Virus record (IMG/VR): IMGVR_UViG_3300020166_000012
From: an uncultured virus (IMG/VR IMGVR_UViG_3300020166_000012)
Lineage: Duplodnaviria; Heunggongvirae; Uroviricota; Caudoviricetes
Length of the DNA stretch: 64,000 bases
Strand: one strand, 5' to 3'
The position numbers were made by a program, and so were the translations under genes. The notes beneath the pieces are model-generated. The model saw nothing but the letters and a program-made list of their open reading frames with translations. It was not told the origin of the DNA and ran no database searches. Within the stretch, counting starts at the first letter, position 1. The number at the start of each line of letters is the position of its first letter. Shown here piece by piece: positions 8,914-18,111 of this stretch.

Positions 8914-9869
8914 TAGTTAACACCATAAAATTCTTTGTACCATGTAATAAAGTTTGCAACGCCAACACTCATCGGTGTAGTTGGTTTATAGCCTAGTTTT
9001 TGAAGTTTAGTGGTATCACTCCAGGTTGCTTGGCTATCCGCAGGATGCATTGGCACTAATTCTTTAATAGCAGTGCGATCAAGATTGTATTCAATAGCTT
9101 CTACAAAATCCGCAAGCTTAACCTGATCACCATATCCAATATTATATATCTCTCTAATATCAGTCTTAGTTAATGTTTCATTAATAACAATTTCAATACC
9201 CTGAACAATATCATCTACATAAGTAAAATCACGAATCATATCACCATAATTAAATAATTCGATTGGTTTTTCATCGATAATATTTTTTGTAAAATCAAAT
9301 AGCGCCATGTCAGGACGCCCCCATGGACCATACACAGTAAAGAAACGCAAACCAATAGTATTGGTAATAGCACTTGCCATAAACTGGGATTCATTTGTAG
9401 ATTTACTAAACCCATATGGATTTAGCTGATAGCCAGTTTTTTCGTCTTCTTTCCATGGTAATGGGTTTCCAACCATAGTGCATGATGTTGATGCGTATAC
9501 AACATTCTCAATGCCGTTATCTTCACATACACTAATAAGATTTTGAGTACCAGTAATATTATTATCAATATACAATTGAGGATCTGTCATTGAATGACGC
9601 ACACCAGCATAACCCCCAAGGTGAACCACCACATCTGGTTTATGTTCCTTCATAAAATCTTCTAGGTCGGGTTTCCATGTTAAATCAGCTACATCAATTT
9701 TAATACCAAAATCTTTGTATAGCTTCACAGTTCGGGCTGTCTTTAATGCCGGATCATAGTAGTCATTAAAATTATCAAAGCCACATACTTCAAAGCCATT
9801 GCTATGTAATGATTGCGCCAAGTGAAAGCCAATGAAACCAGCTCCTCCAGTAATTGCTACTTTAGTCAT
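8913..9869 (-). CDS. NAD-dependent nucleotide-sugar epimerase (UDP-glucuronate 4-epimerase-like)
   Basis: TGGAGFIG, AGVRHS, YxxSK, LRFFTVYGPWGRPDMA, RDFTYVDD. Confidence 0.9.
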   Translation of the reverse strand: MTKVAITGGAGFIGFHLAQSLHSNGFEVCGFDNFNDYYDPALKTARTVKLYKDFGIKIDVADLTWKPDLEDFMKEHKPDVVVHLGGYAGVRHSMTDPQLYIDNNITGTQNLISVCEDNGIENVVYASTSCTMVGNPLPWKEDEKTGYQLNPYGFSKSTNESQFMASAITNTIGLRFFTVYGPWGRPDMALFDFTKNIIDEKPIELFNYGDMIRDFTYVDDIVQGIEIVINETLTKTDIREIYNIGYGDQVKLADFVEAIEYNLDRTAIKELVPMHPADSQATWSDTTKLQKLGYKPTTPMSVGVANFITWYKEFYGVN

Positions 9870-9928
9870 TCAGTGTATCCTTTTAATTATAATATTATTA
9901 TAACACAATAATTGTATTTTGTACATGT

Positions 9929-10294
9929 TTAAAATGTTACTACTCGCCCAGCTACTTTAAAATATAATTCTTCACTACCGTCATCATGTATAACATGACC
10001 GCATGCCATTTTACACTTATTACATGCCGCATCAGGATCTTCAAATAAAAGTTTATAGAAGTTATTCCACTGAGGAGAAGATATAATTTCGAGGGGGGTT
10101 TTACCAGATTTTACATTTAATTCTTCATCAAATAAATTATGGACATTATCTCTTTTGCAATCAAATGTGTCCATCCAGCAACAGGGTAAATAATTTCCTG
10201 AAGCAGTAAAAGCAATACAATTACCCATTGTATAGCGAACATTATTTCCATCTTTATCAAATGGAAAACATTTAGGTCTAATCTCTAATTTCAT
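9929..10294 (-). CDS. stand-alone SPASM/Twitch-like Fe-S protein
   Basis: GNYLPCC and CNKCKMAC cysteine motifs; overlaps the radical SAM gene end. Confidence 0.65.
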   Translation of the reverse strand: MKLEIRPKCFPFDKDGNNVRYTMGNCIAFTASGNYLPCCWMDTFDCKRDNVHNLFDEELNVKSGKTPLEIISSPQWNNFYKLLFEDPDAACNKCKMACGHVIHDDGSEELYFKVAGRVVTF

Positions 10295-11054
10295 TTAAAA
10301 TCTCATTATATTCGTCTACACTATTAATATATAGTTTTTTTGAAAACCCACTGAAGTTTTTTAATGCAGGCGCTGTAGGGGGTTGAAGCGGATTGTCATT
10401 TCGGCCTGGCGCGCCAAATCTAGATGATGTTAATAATTGAAATTTTATTCCATAATCATTTGCCATTTGGATAGCGGTGGGTATATCTTTTTCATTATAT
10501 TCAAATACAATGTATTGCCAAATAACCTCTCCGTGATCTTTTACGTTTTGCGCAACATATTTCATAGCATTGAAAGCAGAATCAAAAGATTGATTTACTC
10601 GATGCAAACTAGTTTTTTGATTTATACCATCTATACCGAAAATCCATTGCATAAAATAATTACCAGAATTAGTAATATCAACCAATTCTTCCCACCATAC
10701 AGTTTTTTTCCCATGGCCAGTTGTATGAAATTCAATAAATTTAAGATTATCAACAGTATTAAGTGCACGCATTAAATCATGCATTTTAGGGTGATACACT
10801 GGATCGGATATTTGTCCACAAAAACAAAGTCTTGTCCATGTTTGTGCCATTTTTATAGCATCATTTATTCTAAGATCACCATATTCAACTTGATATTGTT
10901 TAACAACAGCTTTACCAACAGAATTTTGTCGAGTGCAATATGGGCATTGGAGTAAACATCTATGAGAAGTATCTACATTTATGGTCCGATCTGTCATAAT
11001 TTTTAAGGCGGAAGAATAATAGTTATTCCAATTTTTTAACATACGAGTGGTCAT
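10278..11054 (-). CDS. radical SAM protein
   Basis: CLLQCPYC (CX3CX2C), GQISDP, FGIDG, WQYIVF. Confidence 0.9.
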   Translation of the reverse strand: MTTRMLKNWNNYYSSALKIMTDRTINVDTSHRCLLQCPYCTRQNSVGKAVVKQYQVEYGDLRINDAIKMAQTWTRLCFCGQISDPVYHPKMHDLMRALNTVDNLKFIEFHTTGHGKKTVWWEELVDITNSGNYFMQWIFGIDGINQKTSLHRVNQSFDSAFNAMKYVAQNVKDHGEVIWQYIVFEYNEKDIPTAIQMANDYGIKFQLLTSSRFGAPGRNDNPLQPPTAPALKNFSGFSKKLYINSVDEYNEILNEIRD

Positions 11055-11057
11055 TTT

Positions 11058-11501
11058 TTAAATCTCTATAAATTCATATTTAAGGTCAACTTCACCAAAC
11101 ATAGCGCTAGTGCGGTCAAATACATCTAGCCATTTATCTGGATAATCCATAGCAGGCATAATTACTTTTTTAATTCCAACTTGAATAATCCCCTTGGCAC
11201 ATTCGTTACAAACAGGTAATCCCCAAACATAAAGAGTAGCGCCATCTAATGATACTCCATTATATGTAGCATTATATATTACATTCTGTTCTGCATGGAC
11301 AACATATTGGTGCTTGACAGCTTTATCATTATAACGAATTGCACCATCATATATTCCTCGAGGAAATCCATTATAACCTTGCGCTAATACTTGACCCTTA
11401 TCACCAATAGCAACCGCGCCAATTTGGCGCGCCGGGTCTTTTGACCAAGTGCTAATTTCTTTAGCCAATTTTAAATAACGAAGATTCCAATTTTCACTCA
11501 T
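11058..11501 (-). CDS. cd: dCMP deaminase
   Basis: SKDP, GYNGFPRG, HAEQN, PVCNEC. Confidence 0.93.
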   Translation of the reverse strand: MSENWNLRYLKLAKEISTWSKDPARQIGAVAIGDKGQVLAQGYNGFPRGIYDGAIRYNDKAVKHQYVVHAEQNVIYNATYNGVSLDGATLYVWGLPVCNECAKGIIQVGIKKVIMPAMDYPDKWLDVFDRTSAMFGEVDLKYEFIEI

Positions 11502-11526
11502 TTATATATCCTTGCTAGATTTAAAT

Positions 11527-11670
11527 CTACCCATTATACCCCAGACAAGGAATAAGAAGTGATTGTTTGCAATTATCCGGATAAGCAATAGCCGATCCAA
11601 GAATAGGTAATCCTATCATTATAATGGTAATTAACACAAATGATAAAAATAATCCATTAAAATTATTCAT
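11527..11670 (-). CDS. small membrane protein (47 aa)
   Basis: Hydrophobic N-half, two Cys in C-half; GAGG RBS; not in ORF track. Confidence 0.5.
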   Translation of the reverse strand: MNNFNGLFLSFVLITIIMIGLPILGSAIAYPDNCKQSLLIPCLGYNG

Positions 11671-11721
11671 TTATAGCCTCTAAAATTAAATATTATTTAT
11701 AATTAAACATATACTTATTAC

Positions 11722-11934
11722 CTATACGTTCCATTCTAATTTATCTTCGATAGCCATTGAAACAAATTGATAATAATCTCGGTTTTCATCATCCATTTGG
11801 GCAAAGTATATGGCTGCTCGCCCCATTAGCTCGTGAATCTTACTATCTGGTTCAAGGTGTGCGTTAGGATGGCTTTCCATAAGCATTTGTATTTCATCCA
11901 TGATACCATTTATTTTTTCTTGAATCTTACTCAT
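11722..11934 (-). CDS. hypothetical protein
   Basis: 70-aa ORF overlapping upstream stop. Confidence 0.6.
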   Translation of the reverse strand: MSKIQEKINGIMDEIQMLMESHPNAHLEPDSKIHELMGRAAIYFAQMDDENRDYYQFVSMAIEDKLEWNV

Positions 11935-12376
11935 TTTTTAAACCATTTGAACTATCGTGTTTTTCAAGTTCTGCATGCAGAACACGTCGCCTTAATCCTG
12001 AAGACGAAAACCTATGATCGCGCTTATTAAAGTATAAACTAATATTTCTGCGGCGGCATTCATCCTTACCAGTAAAATCTTTATTTTTATATTCATCACC
12101 GAGGATACGCACATTGATTGGATACATATTAATAATATCTATTAAATCACTTTCAGTACAATATACAATAACTTCATCAACATATTTTACAGCATTTAGC
12201 TGAGAATATCGTTCAACTATTGATTGAATAGGCGAATTTTTTTCTGCGCGGTTTACTGCAGGGTCAACCTGTAAAGCACAAATTAAATAATCACAATTTT
12301 CTTTTGCTTCTCTTAACATGGCAATATGGCCACTATGCAATAGATCAAATGTAGATGCTGTTAATCCAACAATCAT
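11927..12376 (-). CDS. glycerol-3-phosphate cytidylyltransferase-like (TagD family)
   Basis: STFDLLHSGH, YVDEV, RFSSSGLR. Confidence 0.88.
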   Translation of the reverse strand: MIVGLTASTFDLLHSGHIAMLREAKENCDYLICALQVDPAVNRAEKNSPIQSIVERYSQLNAVKYVDEVIVYCTESDLIDIINMYPINVRILGDEYKNKDFTGKDECRRRNISLYFNKRDHRFSSSGLRRRVLHAELEKHDSSNGLKNE

Positions 12377-12394
12377 GCGTATCCTCGTTTTTTT

Positions 12395-12634
12395 TTATTT
12401 TTTACGCAAGGGCGTAAGTAGCCATGAACCGTCATTATTATCGGTCCAAATAATAGTATCACCAATTTTCAAGTTAAGGGCATCCATTAAATCATCCGGG
12501 AAATTTAAATACATTTCACCGTCATCAGTTTCTTCAACTCCTACTTGAAAATCAATTGGTAATTGATTTTGAATATCGCCGGCGCTCGGTTCAAGGCCAG
12601 GTGACAATTTTACGTCAGTATTAATATTTACCAT
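12395..12634 (-). CDS. AbrB/MazE-like DNA-binding protein
   Basis: GEMYLNFPDDLMDALNLKIGDTIIW swapped-hairpin pattern. Confidence 0.7.
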   Translation of the reverse strand: MVNINTDVKLSPGLEPSAGDIQNQLPIDFQVGVEETDDGEMYLNFPDDLMDALNLKIGDTIIWTDNNDGSWLLTPLRKK

Positions 12635-12793
12635 TTAATCTTCCTTTTTCCAAATAGTCCAGGCACCATAAAAGATTGCTGCATAAGCAATCAAATCCAC
12701 CGGTACCAAAATCATAGCAACCCCCGTTGCAATTAAAACTCCACCATCAAGTGTGGTTCTTTCAGTTAGTCTTTGCATTAGCCAATTTGTCAT
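12635..12793 (-). CDS. small membrane protein (52 aa)
   Basis: MTNWLMQRLTERTTLDGG...YGAWTIWKKED fills the gap exactly; not in ORF track. Confidence 0.65.
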   Translation of the reverse strand: MTNWLMQRLTERTTLDGGVLIATGVAMILVPVDLIAYAAIFYGAWTIWKKED

Positions 12794-13137
12794 TACGCGT
12801 GTCCTACCGTTTCTCTTACAATATCATTATGCGAAAATTCTGCCCAATATAATTCAAATGCTACTCCGCTTTCTAAACATTCAAATTGATGATATACACC
12901 GGGCTTAACTTTGGTGTACATTCCTGCTTCAAGAATAGTTTCATCTACTAAATCATAATCGTTTTGCCATACACGAATAAGCATACGTCCAGATTCAACA
13001 TAAAAACCATTCCATTTAAAGGCATGAAGATGTTTAGAACAAACTCCGCCTTTATTCATTTCAATGCGGTGAAATTCTAAAGCACCGTTAGCTTCTACAA
13101 GTTCGGTATTGCCCCAAACTTTTCCAAAAATACCCAT
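12793..13137 (-). CDS. cupin-fold protein (sugar isomerase-like)
   Basis: CSKHLHAFKWNGFYVESG...PGVYHQF. Confidence 0.8.
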   Translation of the reverse strand: MGIFGKVWGNTELVEANGALEFHRIEMNKGGVCSKHLHAFKWNGFYVESGRMLIRVWQNDYDLVDETILEAGMYTKVKPGVYHQFECLESGVAFELYWAEFSHNDIVRETVGHA

Positions 13138-13139
13138 AC

Positions 13140-13265
13140 TTAATCCTTATCTCTCCATACTCTTTTTCCATTTTCAATATTCCAAGTTTTACCTGTGAAT
13201 TTCTTGTGTCCAACATGAGTACCTTTATTCCAAGGAATATTACCCCTTAAAGTTTCAGCAATCAT
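13140..13265 (-). pseudogene. homing-endonuclease-like remnant (NUMOD3-type PWNKG peptide, 41 aa)
   Basis: MIAETLRGNIPWNKG...GKRVW; no catalytic domain. Confidence 0.45.
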
Positions 13266-13266
13266 A

Positions 13267-13485
13267 TTAACTTCCTTTTACTTTTTTCAAAGAGTTTTCA
13301 AAGGCAAAAAACAATTGTTCAAATTTCCATTGATACAATTGGTGCATGCCCATCAATGCGTTTGTAATTTCATCAATAGTAGGATCACGCTCACCGTCAC
13401 ATATCTGTTTATACATGGTTTCCAAATCATCGCAAACCTGCCAACAATGCATAATGCTTTGCTCTAAATCAGTAGTCACAGCCAT
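13267..13485 (-). CDS. hypothetical protein
   Basis: Start reassigned to MAVTTD (13485), GGGAG RBS. Confidence 0.65.
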   Translation of the reverse strand: MAVTTDLEQSIMHCWQVCDDLETMYKQICDGERDPTIDEITNALMGMHQLYQWKFEQLFFAFENSLKKVKGS

Positions 13486-13486
13486 A

Positions 13487-13675
13487 TTAGCATACTCCCT
13501 TAAACATTTCTTTTCGGCCCTCGATGCCAAGTTGAGAATCAAAAATATCTTTGAGACTTATAAGCATCATTGATGCTAGCATTAGAATTTCTTCGCGGCC
13601 ATCACACATTAAAATTGCTTCATCAATGGGGCGAGATAATTCTAGCATTTTAATTTTTACATTAGAGTCGTTCAT
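13487..13675 (-). CDS. hypothetical protein
   Basis: 62-aa ORF in operon. Confidence 0.6.
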   Translation of the reverse strand: MNDSNVKIKMLELSRPIDEAILMCDGREEILMLASMMLISLKDIFDSQLGIEGRKEMFKGVC

Positions 13676-14357
13676 TATTCCATCTTTCTGCGTCTTGAGG
13701 AGTGTTGATTTCTATTCCATTAAATTCTGTTAATAATACACCAATATCCCATCCAGCTTTAAGCCAGCGCAACTGTTCCAAACTTTCAACGCGTTCTTCT
13801 TGTGGAATTGTTAATGTATTATATAGACTTAAGGCATTTCGAGTGTATCCATAAATGCCAAGATGCCAATCACCATAACCAGTCATGCCGCGGCCAAACC
13901 ATAAAGCTTTATCACCAGCACGAACCAATTTAACAGTATTAGGATCTTCCTGTTGCTCTTTTGGCATTTTAGCTGCCATAGTAGTAACATTATAATGTTG
14001 AAGATGCCATTTAGTTTTTTCAATCATATGCTGCGTTACGTCTGGCATATCACCTTGAACATTAATAAACTGATCATAATGCCCAATGTGCTTAGTAAAC
14101 ATTTGGTTTGTAATTGCACCAGCACATCTTTCGGTACCGTTTTCATATTTTGATTCTTGATCTATCCAGCATGCTCTTGGGCCAAGCTTATTAAAGACTC
14201 TCATATCATCAGTTAAAACATAGGTATCTAACTCAGATTTTTTGCATTCTGCATATACCCGCATAACCATTGTCATACCACCAAGGTCTGTTAATGGTTT
14301 ACCTGGAAATCGGGTGCTATGGAATCTAGCTGGAATTAATATTGCGGTTTTAGTCAT
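13662..14357 (-). CDS. kdsB: CMP-Kdo synthetase
   Basis: IPARFHSTRFPGKPL, GTER, NVQGD, HLGIYGY, ESLEQLRWL, INTP. Confidence 0.93.
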   Translation of the reverse strand: MTKTAILIPARFHSTRFPGKPLTDLGGMTMVMRVYAECKKSELDTYVLTDDMRVFNKLGPRACWIDQESKYENGTERCAGAITNQMFTKHIGHYDQFINVQGDMPDVTQHMIEKTKWHLQHYNVTTMAAKMPKEQQEDPNTVKLVRAGDKALWFGRGMTGYGDWHLGIYGYTRNALSLYNTLTIPQEERVESLEQLRWLKAGWDIGVLLTEFNGIEINTPQDAERWNNERL

Positions 14358-15001
14358 TTGGGGCTAAGCACTTTCATACTTCTAAGTGTTTCAATATCAG
14401 TTAATCCCGTAATTTTAGATATTAAATTTTTAGTAATAGCATCGTTTCTTAAATACAAATTTTCATACGATATACAATGCACATTAACTGCATCTATAAA
14501 TTCGGAATTTTTCTTGTTTAGATCATTTAATATTGTATTAACAGTAGGATAGCTACCTCTAGTTATAATTAAATCCAGGTCCATAATTATTTGTGAAGCA
14601 ATACGAGCCCTACCATCTTCTCGATATAAGAAAAAAGCGTTATAATTGTAGTCTTCCATATGGGCTAAAAGAATTTTTATAAACCAAAGTGGAGTAAATT
14701 CAACCATTACTTTTATATGAATTTTATGAGATAATATGGTTTTAACTGCTAAAACTAGAGATTCCATATTTTTATCTTTTTCATATTGTTTAATAATACA
14801 ATAAAACTCTCCAATTTGATGATCAAATCGTTCATGCGAATAGGGCAAGTGCGGTAATGTATAGCCTAATTCTGATACACTTTTCAATACTGACTGATTA
14901 ATAGAATCTAAATCAATTTCTTTTCTATAATTAATATCTAGCCAAGAAGTAAAACTACTAGATCCAGTACGCTGATTTGAAAATAATATAATAGGATTCA
15001 T
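14354..15001 (-). CDS. sulfotransferase-like protein
   Basis: QRTGSS 5'-PSB-like loop, LYRE...S, SYENL. Confidence 0.55.
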   Translation of the reverse strand: MNPIILFSNQRTGSSSFTSWLDINYRKEIDLDSINQSVLKSVSELGYTLPHLPYSHERFDHQIGEFYCIIKQYEKDKNMESLVLAVKTILSHKIHIKVMVEFTPLWFIKILLAHMEDYNYNAFFLYREDGRARIASQIIMDLDLIITRGSYPTVNTILNDLNKKNSEFIDAVNVHCISYENLYLRNDAITKNLISKITGLTDIETLRSMKVLSPK

Positions 15002-15153
15002 TCTAATTTACCTCTATAAGTTTATTAATTATTAATACATTTATATTAACATATTATAACCCAAAAGTAAACACTTATTTTGAAAATAAATGATACTAAA
15101 ATAACACACTTTATAAGTTTAAAAAAAAAAATTAATTAATTGCGTTTTAGGGG

Positions 15154-15182
15154 TTTACATTCCTTTTCATATACGGTATAAA
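15154..15182 (+). promoter_or_regulatory. early sigma70-type promoter
   Basis: TTTACA-17 bp-TATAAA; near copy of the 827-855 promoter and leader. Confidence 0.75.
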
Positions 15183-15211
15183 AATGTATAAGATGAAACA
15201 AAGGAAACAAC

Positions 15212-15568
15212 ATGACAAATACACATACCGATTATGACAATAACGAATTCTTCAATGCGCTTGCTGTTAAGCTGGCTGATGAGGGGTTTGAAGATACTTC
15301 ATACGGCAATGATACGTGTCCATCACTTGGTTTAGAATTTGATCATGCTGGCCAAGAAGGTTTTATCCAGATTTTTATTGAATATGTAAATCCAGATCTT
15401 CGTGAATATCCACTCGAAGATAGCGAAGATTGTGTTATTATTAATTTCAGCATTGATGGTGATTTTATTCATAGTATGGCTTTAACCCATTTTAATATTG
15501 AAGACACTCTTGCGCTAGTTGAAAAAATGCGCAAATATGTTTTGGAACAAATTCTTACAGTAGAATAA
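15212..15568 (+). CDS. acidic hypothetical early protein
   Basis: Only convincing plus-strand gene; own promoter, AAGGA RBS, terminator; DTSYGNDTCPS motif. Confidence 0.8.
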   Translation: MTNTHTDYDNNEFFNALAVKLADEGFEDTSYGNDTCPSLGLEFDHAGQEGFIQIFIEYVNPDLREYPLEDSEDCVIINFSIDGDFIHSMALTHFNIEDTLALVEKMRKYVLEQILTVE

Positions 15569-15588
15569 TAAGAATTTAATATTTTTTA

Positions 15589-15618
15589 AAAAGCGGTGAA
15601 TTTCGGTTCATCGCTTTT
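15589..15618. terminator. bidirectional intrinsic terminator
   Basis: AAAAGCGGTGAA...TTCATCGCTTTT between convergent genes. Confidence 0.75.
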
Positions 15619-16399
15619 AATCTTTTAATTCGTACTTAAGGGCCGGACCGGATTCATATCCAATAATACTAATATCATCCGGAACAAAACTATAAATGTC
15701 TGTTTGATCAGTAAATTTAATTATTGGTTTAGCATCTAATATAGGGCGCGCAATTTGTTCTTTTGCATTATCAATATGCTCTTCATAGATATGGGCGTCG
15801 CCAACAATCATAGTAATTTTACCAGCTTTTTTATTAGATACTGATGCAAAACACATAAGCATTACAGCCGCAAAAACTGCATCACTTGGCACACCAATCA
15901 TCCAATCACCACTTCTTTGGACCCATAGCATATCTACAATACCATCGTGCTCATAAAATTGATAATTATGATGACAACATGGCAAATTCAAATCATTAAG
16001 ATTATCTGGGCGCCATCCACTAATAACCATGCGGCGGTCATGTGGATTATTAATAAGGCTATCAACCACAGCCGCCATTTGATCAACACCGTTAAAATCG
16101 CGCCATGCATTGCCGTAATCAACATTAATAGATCCATCGGCATTTGCCCACAGATCCCAGTAATTACAACCCCATTTACGGAAATCATCAATGTGTTTTG
16201 GTCCGCGGATCATTGCGGCATATTCACCAATAACACCAGCATAAAACATTTTACGGGTAGTTAGTAAAGGAAATTCTGTTTCTAAATCAAACTCAAGTGT
16301 TTTAAACGGAAGGCTGAGCGTAGTGCCATTACGCCCCTTCCGCTCATAACCATTATTTAGAATTTCTTCAGTAACTTTTAAAAACTGCGCTTCAAACAT
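15617..16399 (-). CDS. thymidylate synthase-family enzyme, probably dCMP-specific
   Basis: FPLLTTRK, DRR, LPCCH, QRSGDWMIGVPSD (Asp at the E. coli Asn177 position), DAHIY. Confidence 0.85.
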   Translation of the reverse strand: MFEAQFLKVTEEILNNGYERKGRNGTTLSLPFKTLEFDLETEFPLLTTRKMFYAGVIGEYAAMIRGPKHIDDFRKWGCNYWDLWANADGSINVDYGNAWRDFNGVDQMAAVVDSLINNPHDRRMVISGWRPDNLNDLNLPCCHHNYQFYEHDGIVDMLWVQRSGDWMIGVPSDAVFAAVMLMCFASVSNKKAGKITMIVGDAHIYEEHIDNAKEQIARPILDAKPIIKFTDQTDIYSFVPDDISIIGYESGPALKYELKD

Positions 16400-16740
16400 T
16401 AATCGATATGCTCCGGTTGATTTAGAAAATTACGACCCGGAATTTGACCATCCATTTCACCACGAAGATATGCAACAATAAATGACGAATAATTAATCAT
16501 ATCTTTAGCGCTATCTTCAAGGCTTTCAAAGTTAGGCTCATAGTCTTTTGATTGCATTGCTTCCATCACAGATTGAATGCGTAACATTTTCATGTGGCAC
16601 ATATCAAGTAGAGTAGCTACACCATTAGGGAAATAATCCGCTTGACGGATTCTGCTATTAGGGTTTTGATAATCATTACCTTTGCGTTCTTGTAGTTCGA
16701 TACATTCATGCAAAACTGCTACACTGGCGCTAACTGTCAT
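16399..16740 (-). CDS. DUF1599/Nmad1-like nucleotide-modification-associated protein
   Basis: KGNDY...KMLR...ESLEDSAKDMINY; stop/start overlap with the ThyA-like gene. Confidence 0.65.
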   Translation of the reverse strand: MTVSASVAVLHECIELQERKGNDYQNPNSRIRQADYFPNGVATLLDMCHMKMLRIQSVMEAMQSKDYEPNFESLEDSAKDMINYSSFIVAYLRGEMDGQIPGRNFLNQPEHID

Positions 16741-16800
16741 TATAAAGTTCTCCGTTAATATTTGATACTATTATAGCATATATTTTTACAATAGTAAACA

Positions 16801-17337
16801 TTAAAGTGGTGTTGGGTTTTTAAAAAAGTTTTCTATATTTACAACATATTTTGCAAATTTACCAGGAATCTTTCTTTTAATTATATCAGAGGCTTTTGCA
16901 ATACCAACAAAAGTGTGGGTAACAATATCCCCTTCTTGCAATAGAATAGCTGTATTACGGTTATCCTTATAGAAAAGAATATGTGACACAAGGCCGGCCT
17001 TTACTGCATCTTTGAAGCTGTCTTTAATTGGAAACCAAATTGAAGAAATACATTTATTATCGATGCGCATATCAGCAATATTATAATCTGGCCAAAAATT
17101 AGCTGCAGTCCCGTATTCTTCGACAGTAGTATCTTTCGGTTTTACAAGTTTATTGTGGAGGAGCCACCATTCCAATAGTTCATAATCAATTCCAAGTTCG
17201 CCCAATTCATAGTTAGATTCGCTTGCTTTTTTATTGCGGTACTCAATAAAATCTTTATCTACAACAATTTTAGCATTATTAATAAGAAGATTTAATTTAC
17301 AAGCAATTTCATTATAATCAATCAAAGTAGGGGACAT
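16801..17337 (-). CDS. hypothetical protein, possible PD-(D/E)XK nuclease
   Basis: Start reassigned to MSPTL; WPDY...IDNK pattern. Confidence 0.5.
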   Translation of the reverse strand: MSPTLIDYNEIACKLNLLINNAKIVVDKDFIEYRNKKASESNYELGELGIDYELLEWWLLHNKLVKPKDTTVEEYGTAANFWPDYNIADMRIDNKCISSIWFPIKDSFKDAVKAGLVSHILFYKDNRNTAILLQEGDIVTHTFVGIAKASDIIKRKIPGKFAKYVVNIENFFKNPTPL

Positions 17338-18109
17338 AGGAATACTCCACAATATCGTGTAAAATGTCTTCAAAATCTTGGAGGTTTACCATATTAGGCC
17401 CATCAGATGGAGCATTATCCGGATTAGGGTGCACCTCTAAGAAGAAGTTAGTAACACCCAAAGCAGCGGCAGCACGAGTAAGACCTGGAACGTAGTCACG
17501 ATTACCGCCAGACGAGCTGCCGTGTCCCCCAGGCTTCTGGCACGAGTGGGTAGCATCAAATACGATCGGTACCCCCAAGTTATCAAGCATGTACTGAAGG
17601 CCATTAAAATCGACCACAAGATTATTATACCCAAAACTAGTTCCCCTTTCTGTAATCCATACTTCTTTAGCGTCTTCTGTTTTGCTAAGGATGCCTTTTA
17701 TATCCCATGGCGCTAAAAACTGACCCTTTTTAATATTAATAATTTTATCAGTCATACAAGCTGCACTAATTAAATCTGTCTGACGACAAAGAAATGCCGG
17801 AATTTGAATTACATCAACTGCTTCATTGTATTTGTAAGCTATTGCAGCAATATCAGTTGTAGAATGCACATCTGTTAAAATTTTAACATTAACCGTTTCT
17901 TTTAATGACAAAAAGTCAAGCATTGTGGGTTCAAATCCCACACCACGTATACCATCAATACTTGTACGATTAGCTTTATCATAGCTAGCTTTAAAAATAT
18001 ATTCAACATCATATTTTGCACAAATATCAGCACAATGCTCAGCAATATCTAATGACATTGAAAGATTTTCATGTTGGCATGGACCGGCAATAATTCGTAA
18101 AGATTCCAT
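17318..18109 (-). CDS. kdsA: Kdo-8-phosphate synthase
   Basis: AGPC, KASYDKANRTS, TDVH, QIPAFLCRQTDL, KKGQF, ERG, DATH, SDG. Confidence 0.95.
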   Translation of the reverse strand: MESLRIIAGPCQHENLSMSLDIAEHCADICAKYDVEYIFKASYDKANRTSIDGIRGVGFEPTMLDFLSLKETVNVKILTDVHSTTDIAAIAYKYNEAVDVIQIPAFLCRQTDLISAACMTDKIINIKKGQFLAPWDIKGILSKTEDAKEVWITERGTSFGYNNLVVDFNGLQYMLDNLGVPIVFDATHSCQKPGGHGSSSGGNRDYVPGLTRAAAALGVTNFFLEVHPNPDNAPSDGPNMVNLQDFEDILHDIVEYSYVPYFD

Positions 18110-18111
18110 AA

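Noticed and set aside
12395..12793. Toxin-antitoxin pair
   Set aside because: The AbrB-like gene has no recognisable toxin neighbour.
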